This document shows positions 30,259-39,369 of a stretch of DNA of 64,000 bases, one piece after another. Source of the stretch: Candidatus Jorgensenbacteria bacterium (GTDB lineage: Bacteria; Patescibacteriota; Minisyncoccia; UBA6257; GWB1-50-10); contig JAZDFV010000013.1 of the NCBI GenBank assembly GCA_043807585.1, forward strand, positions 2,039-66,038, in the 5' to 3' direction. Within the stretch, counting starts at the first letter, position 1. Every line of letters begins with the position of its first letter. Both the position numbers and the translations under genes were made by a program. The notes under the pieces were generated by a model, which had not been told where the DNA came from, did not search any database, and saw nothing but the letters and a program-made list of their open reading frames with translations.

Positions 30259-30372
30259 GAGCAGATCCCTCCCAAGTGTCTTTAGTTTTGTGATTCGTTG
30301 CTGGTTTTGAGACTACAGATTTTCAGGGGTTGCGTCAAGTATGGCGCGCGCGTTTTCGCCGCCATCCGGATG

Positions 30373-30410
30373 ATGTTAACAAATTACACGGCCGTGTAAT
30401 TTGTTAACAT
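30373..30410. repeat. Perfect 38-bp palindrome downstream of PaaX-like paralog 2
   Basis: atgttaacaaattacacggccgtgtaatttgttaacat. Confidence 0.9.
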
Positions 30411-30448
30411 AAGGTGTCTTGTGGAATTTCAGCACCGTCGGGCCCGGT

Positions 30449-30937
30449 TTAAATGATCTCAGCTTCTCGCGCCTTGAAGAATTTGATGTATCGCAGAAGG
30501 TCGAGCGCCTCCAGCGCCTCTATAAAATCTTTCGGGAGGGGAGCGGGGCCAAGCCACACACTCTGTTGGAGTTTTACGAAACCGAGATTTAAAAGTTCAA
30601 AGCGGAGCCATTCACGTTTTCTCCGGAGCCGCTCCGGTATGTCGAATGCGATGATGAGCGATTTTTCTTTTGCGGGTTCTTTGATCTTCCGTTTGGTGTG
30701 TGTGGGCAATTTGAGCGCAAGTTTTTCGAACCCCTTTTTCGTTGTGGCCCAAACACCATTATCGTTTTTGACGAATCCTGCATGTTTGAGCCGGGAGAGC
30801 GTAACGCGAATGGAAGCATCGTTGTAGTGTGCCGCAGGCCTTCGGTCCTCATGCATTCCCATAAGCCGCCGCCGCATGAGGCGGTACCCCCCGTGATAAT
30901 CCAAGAGTACCGTAATGATGTCATCCGCCAAGCTCAT
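30449..30937 (-). CDS. PaaX-like regulator (wHTH plus Cas2-like fold), paralog 2
   Basis: SIRVTLSRLKHAGFV; IIAFDIPE...REWLRFELLNLGF..LQQSVWL. Confidence 0.82.
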   Translation of the reverse strand: MSLADDIITVLLDYHGGYRLMRRRLMGMHEDRRPAAHYNDASIRVTLSRLKHAGFVKNDNGVWATTKKGFEKLALKLPTHTKRKIKEPAKEKSLIIAFDIPERLRRKREWLRFELLNLGFVKLQQSVWLGPAPLPKDFIEALEALDLLRYIKFFKAREAEII

Positions 30938-30981
30938 ATTTTTTGTCCCTTCGTTTTTTACTTCTTTACTTTCGTATAATA

Positions 30982-31017
30982 TATTAACATTTTACACGGC
31001 CGTGTGAAATGTTAATA
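30982..31017. promoter_or_regulatory. Upstream cognate palindrome of paralog 2
   Basis: tattaacattttacacggccgtgtgaaatgttaata (one mismatch). Confidence 0.88.
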
Positions 31018-31026
31018 GTGCACAAA

Positions 31027-31198
31027 GTGAAGCTCCACGGGCTGACCTGTGCTTCACCGAAGGCTACCTCCTTCGCCGAAGTGGCTTCAACTACGAAGGC
31101 TGAGTCGGCAAGGCGAGCGCCTGTGGCTTCTCTCCATTCGGGATTCCGTGGAGCGAAACCCTGCACCGTCCCGCTTAGCGGGACTGGTGCGTGGGTAA
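31027..31198. mobile_element. Composite MITE-like element, copy 2
   Basis: Homologous to 16364-16526 but with different nested hairpins. Confidence 0.7.
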
Positions 31199-31320
31199 GA
31201 TCTTTGATGGGGACCGAGGGTTGTTTACAGAAGCGGTGCCGTTTCGTTTGACGCGCACCCCGCTTGGGGGGTAATTTCAGGGTAGTTCCAACAAACCAGA
31301 ACAAAGGGAAAGGGCCGGCG

Positions 31321-31662
31321 ATGGACGCTAAATTGCAGACCTCGACCGAGGAGCGCATGAACGTCCTCAAGGGTGCCATCGCGGCGAGCGTGCGGCGCAC
31401 CCCGCTCTCCGTCAATGGGGTGATGGAAAAGCTCTCCGGGGCGCGTATCGATTTGGACTACAATCGCGCTATCGTGGAGCGGCTCGTCCGTGAGCTCTGC
31501 GAGGAGGGGAGGGCGATAGGCCGGAACGGCTCCGTTGCCTGGAACCACGCGCGCGGCCTTTGCCACGAGAATGATGGAAAGGGAGTTTGTCGCTGTTGTG
31601 GCGACCTCTTCATGCGGGGAAAGGGAGGGCGCCTCATATGCCCCTCGTGTCTGTTCAAATAG
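31321..31662 (+). CDS. Small hypothetical protein with CxxC pairs
   Basis: ATG at 31321; CRCC and CPSC near the C-terminus. Confidence 0.5.
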   Translation: MDAKLQTSTEERMNVLKGAIAASVRRTPLSVNGVMEKLSGARIDLDYNRAIVERLVRELCEEGRAIGRNGSVAWNHARGLCHENDGKGVCRCCGDLFMRGKGGRLICPSCLFK

Positions 31663-31773
31663 GGTGCCGTTTTTGCGAACTTGTCCTTCGGTTCGCTCAG
31701 GACAATCCTGAGCTGGTCGAAGGGTTGCAGAACCGGCACCGTTTTGTTTTACTGTGAACGAAGGGATTTAGAC

Positions 31774-31876
31774 GCGCGCATAGCTCAGCTCCGACGCCAG
31801 CAAGGCAGGGTCGGAGAGCCGACTAGAACGTCGGCTTGGCAGAGCGGTCGCCTCAGGCGACAGGTCGCAGATTCGC
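31774..31876 (+). pseudogene. tRNA-like relic with a hairpin insertion in the D-loop
   Basis: gcgcgcaTAGCTCAG[insert]TGGCAGAGCggtcgcc..ggcgacAGGTCgcagattcg; no 3' acceptor strand. Confidence 0.5.
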
Positions 31877-31890
31877 TTCTTCACATGTTT

Positions 31891-31962
31891 GGGCGTTTAG
31901 CTCAGTGGCAGAGCGCTTCGTTCACATCGAAGAGGCCGCTGGTTCGATCCCAGCAACGCCCA
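31891..31962 (+). tRNA. tRNA-Val(CAC)
   Basis: Acceptor stem gggcgtt/aacgccc, anticodon arm cttcg-ttCACat-cgaag, T arm GGTTCGATCC. Confidence 0.92.
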
Positions 31963-32132
31963 CTTGAACATTCAATTCACATTGCAAAGGCCGTAGGTTT
32001 TCCCGCATTCATCCCGAGCGAAGCGAGGTTAGGTAGGAGCAATCCCGCACATAACTTGTTATGTGCGTGGACGATCCCTACAGGGCGCACAGAAAAGAAA
32101 AAGGTAATAGACAATGTTAAAAGGTTGAAATT

Positions 32133-32798
32133 ATGAGTGTTGGTAAAATTAGAATACTTTTATCAGAACCCCCATTTAAAACTGAAAGCGAGGCCGTACA
32201 CTTTGTAGTTTTACTTCGGAAGGAGATTGAGAAAGATCGGGAGGACAGGGATAAATTTGGATTGCTTAAGTTTTTCTGTGATTGGGCATTACATTCCAAG
32301 TTAGACAAATCATCGCAAACACTTGAAATTTTAATAAATTTTAATAAATGCCTAACCGAGTTCGATTTTGGTAAGGGTGATCGAGAGAAACTCGATGCAT
32401 TATTGATTCGACTTTCCTCAATCATCTCATTTGAAAAGTTACACGATGAAATAGCTTTGTTTTTAGAGAAACATAGATTGCCAAGAGATATCGTTAACGA
32501 TCGCGCTATTTGGAAAACTTTCTTGAATTTTTTGGCAGATATTATTAATGATAGCCAATTAAGATTTTCAGATAGCAGAGATTATAGGAAAATTGCTCGG
32601 ATTAGAAAATTTAAAGGAGTATTAGCTTTCCCATTTTTCCTTCGGAATTCTTGCGTATCAGGACTTTCTCTTGAAAAGAGAATAGAACAACAAATTGACA
32701 GAGAAAATTTTGAAATAAAAGATGTCGTTATATTGACCATTCGAATTATTATGGATAGTGGAAGTTCGATTTTAATTCCTAGTACAAGGTTAGATTAA
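32133..32798 (+). CDS. Hypothetical protein in a low-GC islet
   Basis: 221 aa AT-rich ORF containing LKFFCDWALH. Confidence 0.6.
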   Translation: MSVGKIRILLSEPPFKTESEAVHFVVLLRKEIEKDREDRDKFGLLKFFCDWALHSKLDKSSQTLEILINFNKCLTEFDFGKGDREKLDALLIRLSSIISFEKLHDEIALFLEKHRLPRDIVNDRAIWKTFLNFLADIINDSQLRFSDSRDYRKIARIRKFKGVLAFPFFLRNSCVSGLSLEKRIEQQIDRENFEIKDVVILTIRIIMDSGSSILIPSTRLD

Positions 32799-32865
32799 AC
32801 TTGTGGGGGTAAACGCTGTTAGGGACTCAATGCTGGGCTGGTAATAAAAGAGTACAATTGGTTAT

Positions 32866-33171
32866 ATGAAAAACTGGCTCAAAGAAAATTGGTTTAAGGT
32901 TGGTATTCCAATAGCTTTCATTCTGGGTATGTTGATCTTTGGAGGTAAGGAAGAATGGACGTTGATGGTTTGTAATGGAAAACTCAACGATGCTGAATGT
33001 TACAGCAACAGCCAAGTGATTACCGGTTTTGAGTCGTCAAAAGAATGTTTTTTGGAAGGTGCTTCTAGATTTGTAAAAGAAGGATTCGAATGCGGGAAAA
33101 ACTGTAGGGAGGAAGGGCACGGCTTAAGAGTATGTAAAGAAATTTGCAATTCGGCTGGATGCAGAGAGTGA
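32866..33171 (+). CDS. Small Cys-rich exported protein
   Basis: KNWLKENWFK plus a TM helix; 8 Cys residues. Confidence 0.6.
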   Translation: MKNWLKENWFKVGIPIAFILGMLIFGGKEEWTLMVCNGKLNDAECYSNSQVITGFESSKECFLEGASRFVKEGFECGKNCREEGHGLRVCKEICNSAGCRE

Positions 33172-33193
33172 TAGGGTAAGATAGGGTAAATCC

Positions 33194-33430
33194 ATGAAAG
33201 GAAATTTATCAAATAAAATAGAACATTTAAGATATTTGCTTAGATGGAATCTTCTGCCATCCATAATTCTTTTTGGTGGAATTTATGTAGTTTTAGACCT
33301 TCGGTACACCGAACTTGGTTTTTTGCTATCTTTGGTTGGTGTTTTTTCTCTTGCTCTTTGGGCTAATCACAATCGCCCTAAGTCATACAGCGATTATCTA
33401 AAAAACATAGAACAAAAAGAAGAGAGATGA
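33194..33430 (+). CDS. Small membrane protein
   Basis: Two hydrophobic segments. Confidence 0.5.
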   Translation: MKGNLSNKIEHLRYLLRWNLLPSIILFGGIYVVLDLRYTELGFLLSLVGVFSLALWANHNRPKSYSDYLKNIEQKEER

Positions 33431-33705
33431 AAGATTTTTTCAGAATAATAAAGGAATACTTTATTCTAATTATTGGAATAGGTTTATTTACTTACGGTTT
33501 ATTTGGTTTTCATGCTGATGAAATTTGTGGTGAGGGAAGTTTAATGCCTGCAGGAACCCTGCCTTTACAGATTTTTGATAGATTAAAATGTATAGAACCC
33601 GCCATATTTTACTACTACGATCTCAACGCCTTAGTTTTAGTAACTACAGGAGCTATTTTGATAACTATTGGATTGTTAAAATTAAAAAGAAAAAATAGTG
33701 AGTGA
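33427..33705 (+). CDS. Small membrane protein
   Basis: Two hydrophobic segments; ATGA overlap with the previous ORF. Confidence 0.5.
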   Translation: MKDFFRIIKEYFILIIGIGLFTYGLFGFHADEICGEGSLMPAGTLPLQIFDRLKCIEPAIFYYYDLNALVLVTTGAILITIGLLKLKRKNSE

Positions 33706-33984
33706 AGTGATGGGATACACATAAGCCCCCCACTAAACAGGTTTTAATGTCCTCCTGCAGGGGACTGCGCCCGTGCGCCCAAACGACTTGCTAGGCCGGC
33801 TGTCTCTGATGGAAGTTCACCCCGTTGGATGCGAGAGCTATCTAACGGGGTGAACCTCACACATAACTCCTTATGTGTGGGGTGAACAACTTGTTGATAA
33901 GTCGGACGGGAAAATTTTTGAAACGTAGGTAAATAAACGATTTTCTTCTCCGTCCGCCGGCATCCGCCGACGGGCGGATTATTT

Positions 33985-34070
33985 TTGACAGAGTGGGAGA
34001 GTGGTGTATCTTAGTAGGGAAGTGGGGAATTGTGGATAACTGTGTGGATAAGGGCCGAATCTGGGGATAA
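33985..34070 (+). promoter_or_regulatory. dcw promoter with GTGG repeats and DnaA boxes
   Basis: TTGACA at 33985; repeated GTGG (MraZ-type); TGTGGATAA at 34031 and 34043. Confidence 0.6.
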
Positions 34071-34200
34071 CTCCCGATTTTGCCCGATCCGCCAGCTGGC
34101 GGAGAGGTTACAAAATCGAGGACCCAGCACATAAGACATTTTGCTATGCATATTTCAAAGGAACAAAAACTGACCGTTTTTCGAAAGAACCTTATGTGCT

Positions 34201-34267
34201 GGGTGCTCAATTCCGTAGATAAATTTTTTTCGTCGACCGACTCAAAAATTTATACGTAATTGGCATG
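34201..34267 (+). promoter_or_regulatory. 67-nt start-codon hairpin motif, copy 2 (mraZ)
   Basis: Ungapped homology to 22001-22067. Confidence 0.8.
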
Positions 34268-34696
34268 TTACTTGGAGAATACAGGCACAGCGTAGACCCG
34301 AAGGGACGAATCGCCATCCCCGCAAAGTTTCGCGGGAAGGTGGGGAGCGGCGCCATCATCACGCGGGGCTTGGACCACTGTCTTTTCGTATTCGGCGCCA
34401 AGGAGTGGGAGGCGCTTGCGGCAAAACTCACCGCGCTCCCCTTGGCCCAGGCGAATTCTCGCGCCTTTGCCCGCCTCATGCTTGCCGGTGCTTCCGATGT
34501 GGAGCTCGACACGCAGGGGCGGATTTTAATTCCTGACTACCTCCGCACCTACGCCGGCATCACGAAGCAGGCGGTGGTGGCGGGCGTGATGAACCGCATG
34601 GAGATTTGGGACGAGAAGGCGTGGGATAGCTATAAGGCGAAGACGGAATCCTCGTCGGACGAGATCGCGGAACAGTTGGGGGCGTTGGGGATTTAA
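34265..34696 (+). CDS. mraZ: Transcriptional regulator MraZ
   Basis: DPKGRIAIP and DTQGRILIP. Confidence 0.96.
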   Translation: MLLGEYRHSVDPKGRIAIPAKFRGKVGSGAIITRGLDHCLFVFGAKEWEALAAKLTALPLAQANSRAFARLMLAGASDVELDTQGRILIPDYLRTYAGITKQAVVAGVMNRMEIWDEKAWDSYKAKTESSSDEIAEQLGALGI

Positions 34697-34843
34697 TGAC
34701 TATGACAATAACCATGACAATGAAGATAACCACGACTAATGACTATGACCAACTATGACTAATGACTATGACTAATGACCATGACTTATAACAAAGCGCA
34801 CGGTTCATAAGCAGGAGCTGTCATCGTCATACGTCATCGTCAT
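34696..34843. repeat. ATGACN array with an inverted GTCATC arm
   Basis: atgactatgacaat... followed by gtcatcgtcatacgtcatcgtcat. Confidence 0.75.
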
Positions 34844-34849
34844 TAGTGT

Positions 34850-35788
34850 ATGTTGCATACGCCCGTTCTTTTAGAAGAGGTAATAAGGGTGATGGAGCCG
34901 AAACCGGGTGATTTCATAATTGACGGCACGCTGGGGGGCGGCGGCCATGCGAGAGAGCTCGCAAAGCGCATAGGGCCAAGCGGGATGCTCCTCGGGATTG
35001 ACTGGGATGCCGATGCGGTGCGGCGCGCGAAAGAAACGCTTAGTACTCTGACAATCAAGCGTTTGGCGATTGTGCAGGGAAACTACGCGGAACTTTCGGC
35101 AGTGCTCGCAAAGGAAAAACTCCCGAAGGCGGACAGCTTACTCCTTGATCTTGGGCTTTCCTCCGACCAGCTTGCGGACTCGGGACGCGGATTCAGCTTT
35201 GAAGGAGACGAGCCGTTGGATATGCGTTACGACCCGAAGAGCGGCAACCCGTCGGCGGCGGAGGTGGTAAACGGCACGCGCGAGGAAGAGCTGGCGGATA
35301 TTATTTTCCGCTACGGCGAGGAACGGAACGCGCGGCGCATCGCGAAGGCGATCGTCGCGGCGCGGAGGAAAGAAAAAATTCTCCGCACACCTGACCTTAT
35401 ACGTGTCATTGAATCTGTTGTGCCGCGACCCTCCTTCGCAAAGCTTCCTCCTTCGCCAAAGCTTCGGCGGACAGGTCGGACGGGCAAGGGCAAGTTCCAC
35501 CCGGCGACCAAGACTTTCATGGCGCTCCGTATCTTCGTGAACCGTGAGTTTGAGAATCTTGAAACGATCTTAGAAAAACTTCCGGCGGTCGTGCGGCGCG
35601 GCGGACGCGCGGCTATCATCACTTTCCATTCGTTGGAAGACCGCATCGTGAAAAAGTGCTTCCAGGAACTTGTCAAATCAGGGAAAGCAACGCTTTTAAA
35701 CAAAAAACCCATCATCCCCACCCGTGAAGAAATTTTTAAAAATCCGAGAAGCCGTTCAGCGAAATTAAGGGCTTGCACCATAATTTAG
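34850..35788 (+). CDS. rsmH: 16S rRNA m4C1402 methyltransferase
   Basis: HTPVLLEE, DGTLGGGGH, FHSLEDR and NPRSRSAKLR. Confidence 0.96.
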   Translation: MLHTPVLLEEVIRVMEPKPGDFIIDGTLGGGGHARELAKRIGPSGMLLGIDWDADAVRRAKETLSTLTIKRLAIVQGNYAELSAVLAKEKLPKADSLLLDLGLSSDQLADSGRGFSFEGDEPLDMRYDPKSGNPSAAEVVNGTREEELADIIFRYGEERNARRIAKAIVAARRKEKILRTPDLIRVIESVVPRPSFAKLPPSPKLRRTGRTGKGKFHPATKTFMALRIFVNREFENLETILEKLPAVVRRGGRAAIITFHSLEDRIVKKCFQELVKSGKATLLNKKPIIPTREEIFKNPRSRSAKLRACTII

Positions 35789-35927
35789 AGCCGTTGCGGC
35801 GAAGAAATTATGGCTTGCAAACCTTACCGAGCACATAAAAGTATGAAAACATCAACCAATCTTAAAGTAATTGCTTCTCGATTGAACGATTTGTACCAAG
35901 AAAGTCGCTTGGTTACTTTTATGTGCT

Positions 35928-35994
35928 GGGTGCGCGATTCTGTAGACGAATTTTCTTCGCCTGCTGACTCGAAAATTCGTACATAATCGGCATG
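35928..35994 (+). promoter_or_regulatory. 67-nt start-codon hairpin motif, copy 3 (ftsL-like)
   Basis: Ungapped homology to 22001-22067. Confidence 0.8.
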
Positions 35995-36303
35995 ACCATC
36001 ATCCAACCACACAAGAACAGGCCCCTCATGCGCTTTCTCCTCCTGCTTTTTCTGCTCCTCGCGGGGGGCGGGGTATTCTATGTTTTCGAGTACAACGCGG
36101 TTGCGGAAGCCCGCCAGGGGATAGCTGACGCGAAGGAGGCGCTCGTAAAGGCGCAGGCGTCGAGTGCCGACCTTAAAGATACGTTCTACCGCATGGTTGA
36201 CCCCAGCGTATTGAAGTCGGTGGCGACGGCGCGTGGATTTACGCTCGTACGCGATCCCCAGTATCTCCAGAGCGCGCCATGGCTTTCCGCTTCATCACGC
36301 TAA
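35992..36303 (+). CDS. FtsL-like protein
   Basis: TM helix plus coiled coil, between rsmH and the PBP gene. Confidence 0.6.
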   Translation: MTIIQPHKNRPLMRFLLLLFLLLAGGGVFYVFEYNAVAEARQGIADAKEALVKAQASSADLKDTFYRMVDPSVLKSVATARGFTLVRDPQYLQSAPWLSASSR

Positions 36304-37883
36304 CGGCCGGTTTTTCGCTCCTCTTTGGGGCCCTTGGGTGGAATCTTTACCACATCCAGGTGCTGCAGAGTTCCCTCTACGTAGAACGCGCCCAAGCCCG
36401 CATGGAAGCCCAAGCGGCCCTGGAGCTTCGTCGGGGTGAGATCTTTTTCACCGACCGGAGCGGGACCGCCATTCCGGCGGCCCTGAACCGAGATTATCCG
36501 GTCATCTACGCCGTGCCGCGGGAAATAAAGGATCCCGAAGGGGCCGCCGAGCGCCTCGCACCCATCCTGCATCTCGAGCCGAAAGGTTTGGCCGCTTCGT
36601 TCGGGAATGCCAAGAGCCTATTCAAGCTCCTCGTGGACAAGGCCTCCTCAGAGATCGTTGACGCGGTTACCAAGGAGAACGTGACCGGCGTCTATGCGGG
36701 GGAGAAACAGCACCGGTTCTATCCCTTCGAGCGCCTCGGATCACAGCTCTTGGGATTTGTGGGAGTGAACGCCGATGCGGCGAATCCCACCGGCCTCTAC
36801 GGCATCGAGAAACTCCGCGATGAAGAGCTTGCGGCGGGAGGCGACGTGGACCTCACCATCGACCGGAATCTCCAGGCGGAGGCCGAGCAGAAGCTCGCCG
36901 AGCTTATCCCGCAGTATAAGGCGACTGGCGGCACCATCATCGTGGAGGAGCCGAAGACAGGGAAGATCCTCGCACTTGCCTCGAAACCCGACTTTGACCC
37001 CAACGCGTACGCGGACTCCCCGGTGAGTTCTTTCCTCGACCCCGCGGTGCAGCTCGTCTACGAGCCGGGGTCGGTGATGAAACCGTTCACTATGGCGGCG
37101 GCGATCGGCGCCGGGGTGCTCACACCCAGCTCTACATTCACCGATGTCGGCTACATCACCCTGAACGGGAAAACCATTCGCAATTTCAACAACAAGGCGT
37201 ACGGCACCATCACCATGACGAACGTCATTGAGAATTCGGTGAACATGGGGGCCGTCTATGCCGAATCCAAGGTTGGGAACCAGCGTTTCTACGAGTACCT
37301 CAAACGCTTCGGGTTTGGGGAGTCCACCGGCGCGGATCTCCCCGATGAGCTTGCCGGGAGCTTGAAAAACCTTGAGAGGAAGGAGGCCCGCCAGATCGAT
37401 TTTGCCACTGCTTCATTCGGGCAGGGGGTTGCCGTCACCCCGCTCCAGCTCATAAACGCGTTCTCGGCCCTTGCGAACGGAGGACTTCTCATGCGGCCGT
37501 ACGTGGACGCGCACGCTGCGCCGCACGTGGTGCGGCGGGTGGTGGAGGAAGAGACTGCGCGGGCGGTTGTGAGGATGATGGAATCGGCGGTGGTGTTCAA
37601 TAAGTTGGCGGCTATTCCGAGCTTCCGGGTAGCGGGAAAAACGGGCACGGCACTCATCCCCGATTTCAAGACCGGCGGCTACACCGAGGAGCTTATCCAC
37701 ACCTATGTGGGGTTTGCTCCCGTGTCTGACCCGCGCTTCGTGATACTCGCCAAGATGGACCGGCCCCAGGTGGGAGAGCTCGCGGGGCTCACCGTGGTGC
37801 CCGCGTTCCGCGACCTCGCGGAGTTCGCCTTGAACTATTACAACGTTCCGCCTGATAATTTAGTTGCGCCTTCGGCGCCGTAA
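36279..37883 (+). CDS. ftsI: Division transpeptidase PBP3/FtsI-like
   Basis: RGEIFF, EPGSVMK, SVN and KTGTA; dcw context. Confidence 0.85.
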   Translation: MAFRFITLTAGFSLLFGALGWNLYHIQVLQSSLYVERAQARMEAQAALELRRGEIFFTDRSGTAIPAALNRDYPVIYAVPREIKDPEGAAERLAPILHLEPKGLAASFGNAKSLFKLLVDKASSEIVDAVTKENVTGVYAGEKQHRFYPFERLGSQLLGFVGVNADAANPTGLYGIEKLRDEELAAGGDVDLTIDRNLQAEAEQKLAELIPQYKATGGTIIVEEPKTGKILALASKPDFDPNAYADSPVSSFLDPAVQLVYEPGSVMKPFTMAAAIGAGVLTPSSTFTDVGYITLNGKTIRNFNNKAYGTITMTNVIENSVNMGAVYAESKVGNQRFYEYLKRFGFGESTGADLPDELAGSLKNLERKEARQIDFATASFGQGVAVTPLQLINAFSALANGGLLMRPYVDAHAAPHVVRRVVEEETARAVVRMMESAVVFNKLAAIPSFRVAGKTGTALIPDFKTGGYTEELIHTYVGFAPVSDPRFVILAKMDRPQVGELAGLTVVPAFRDLAEFALNYYNVPPDNLVAPSAP

Positions 37884-37885
37884 TC

Positions 37886-39235
37886 ATGCTAAAACGTTCA
37901 GTACTCAAACTACTTGGCCGCGTGCTCAAGATACTTGCGCGCCTCACGGTGCGCCGCTACCACCCGGGTATCGTTGGGGTGACGGGGAGCGCGGGGAAAA
38001 CGTCCACCAAGGACGCCATCGCGGTGGTTTTGGGGCGGAGCCGGCGGGTGCGCGCCGCCTCAAAGAGTTTCAACAATGAGATCGGGTTTCCGCTCACCAT
38101 CCTCGGCGAGTGGGGAGAGGGGGGTGGGATTCTCTTTTGGCTCAAGGTGCTCGCCGGTGCTCTCGCGAACCTCGTTGGGCGCGCGAAGAGCTACCCGGAG
38201 GTGCTCATCCTGGAGTACGGCGTGGATCGCCCCGGCGACATGCGGTACCTCCTTGAAACTGCGCGCCCCCACATCGGGGTTTTCACCGCTATGGGGTCCA
38301 TTCCGGTGCACGTGGAGTTCTTCGCGGGTCCGGAGGCGGTGGTGGGTGAGAAAGCGAAGCTTGTCCGCGAGCTCCCCGCGACCGGCTTCGCGGTCCTGAA
38401 CGCCGACGATGAGATGGTGCTGGGTACCAAGGCGCTCACTCGCGCGCAGGTGATGACCTTCGGGTTCGGCGCGGGGGCCCACGTGCGCATTGTGGATTTC
38501 GCGAACCGCATCGAGGGAGCAACCGCCGCGGTTACCTTCAAGCTCTCCTATGGGGGGAGTACGGTGCCGGTGCGGCTTGAGGGTGCCGTTGGGCGCGCCC
38601 ACGCCTACGCCGCTGCCGCGGCCGCCGCGGTAGGACTCGTCTTTGGAGAAAACCTCACGACCATCGCCGAGACGCTCCGCGCCTTTAAAGCGCCTCCCGG
38701 GCGTCTCCGCGTGATTCCGGGGCTCCGGGGTTCGCTCATCATTGACGGTACCTACAATGCCTCGCCGCTCGCCATGCGGGAGGCTCTGGAGACCCTCCGG
38801 GCGGTGAAGGCTAAACGCAAGTTCGCGCTCCTTGGGGATATGCTTGAGATCGGGAAGTACACGCTCGAGGCCCATGAGGAGGTGGGGCGCTTCGCGGCGA
38901 AATGCGCGGACGTGCTCGTGACCGTGGGGCTCCGCGCCAAGTTCATCGCCGAGGCGGCGGCGAAGGCGGGCCTGCCCGTCCGTAGCCAGGCGAAGGTGGG
39001 ATTCCCGCCGCGCGCCATCCGCACTTTTCTGACCCTCGGGGAGGCCGCGGAATTTTTGCGGGGCACGTTGGCGAGCGGTGATATGGTGCTACTCAAGGCT
39101 TCCCAGTCGGTTCGCCTGGAGCGGGTAGTGAAGGAAATAATGGCGGAGCCGGGAAAGGCAGGGGAGTTTCTCGTGCGACAGGAAGAGGAATGGTTGCGGA
39201 AGAAAGGGTTGTACGACGAGGGGGAGCTGGGGTAA
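37886..39235 (+). CDS. murF: UDP-MurNAc-tripeptide D-Ala-D-Ala ligase
   Basis: GVTGSAGKTSTK, NNEIGFPLT, YNASP and LGDMLEIG. Confidence 0.92.
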   Translation: MLKRSVLKLLGRVLKILARLTVRRYHPGIVGVTGSAGKTSTKDAIAVVLGRSRRVRAASKSFNNEIGFPLTILGEWGEGGGILFWLKVLAGALANLVGRAKSYPEVLILEYGVDRPGDMRYLLETARPHIGVFTAMGSIPVHVEFFAGPEAVVGEKAKLVRELPATGFAVLNADDEMVLGTKALTRAQVMTFGFGAGAHVRIVDFANRIEGATAAVTFKLSYGGSTVPVRLEGAVGRAHAYAAAAAAAVGLVFGENLTTIAETLRAFKAPPGRLRVIPGLRGSLIIDGTYNASPLAMREALETLRAVKAKRKFALLGDMLEIGKYTLEAHEEVGRFAAKCADVLVTVGLRAKFIAEAAAKAGLPVRSQAKVGFPPRAIRTFLTLGEAAEFLRGTLASGDMVLLKASQSVRLERVVKEIMAEPGKAGEFLVRQEEEWLRKKGLYDEGELG

Positions 39236-39297
39236 AGTGTGATGTGGAGGAAGGCCTGCCCGTCCGAAGTCCTTCGACATAGCTCAGGACGAAGGAG

Positions 39298-39369
39298 GGC
39301 CCCATCGTCTAATGGCCAGGACACGTGGTTCTCATCCACGAAATAGGAGTCCGATTCTCCTTGGGGCTA
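39298..39369 (+). tRNA. tRNA-Glu(CTC) with atypical T-loop (TCCGA)
   Basis: Acceptor stem ggcccca/tggggct; anticodon arm cgtgg-ttCTCat-ccacg. Confidence 0.85.

Noticed and set aside
30421-30432. gtggaatttcag as a copy of the rplL 3' end
   Set aside because: Only 11 of 12 nt match, which is compatible with chance.
32072-32090. cgatccctacagggcgcac as an attR copy of the tRNA-Val end
   Set aside because: Too many mismatches to the tRNA 3' end.
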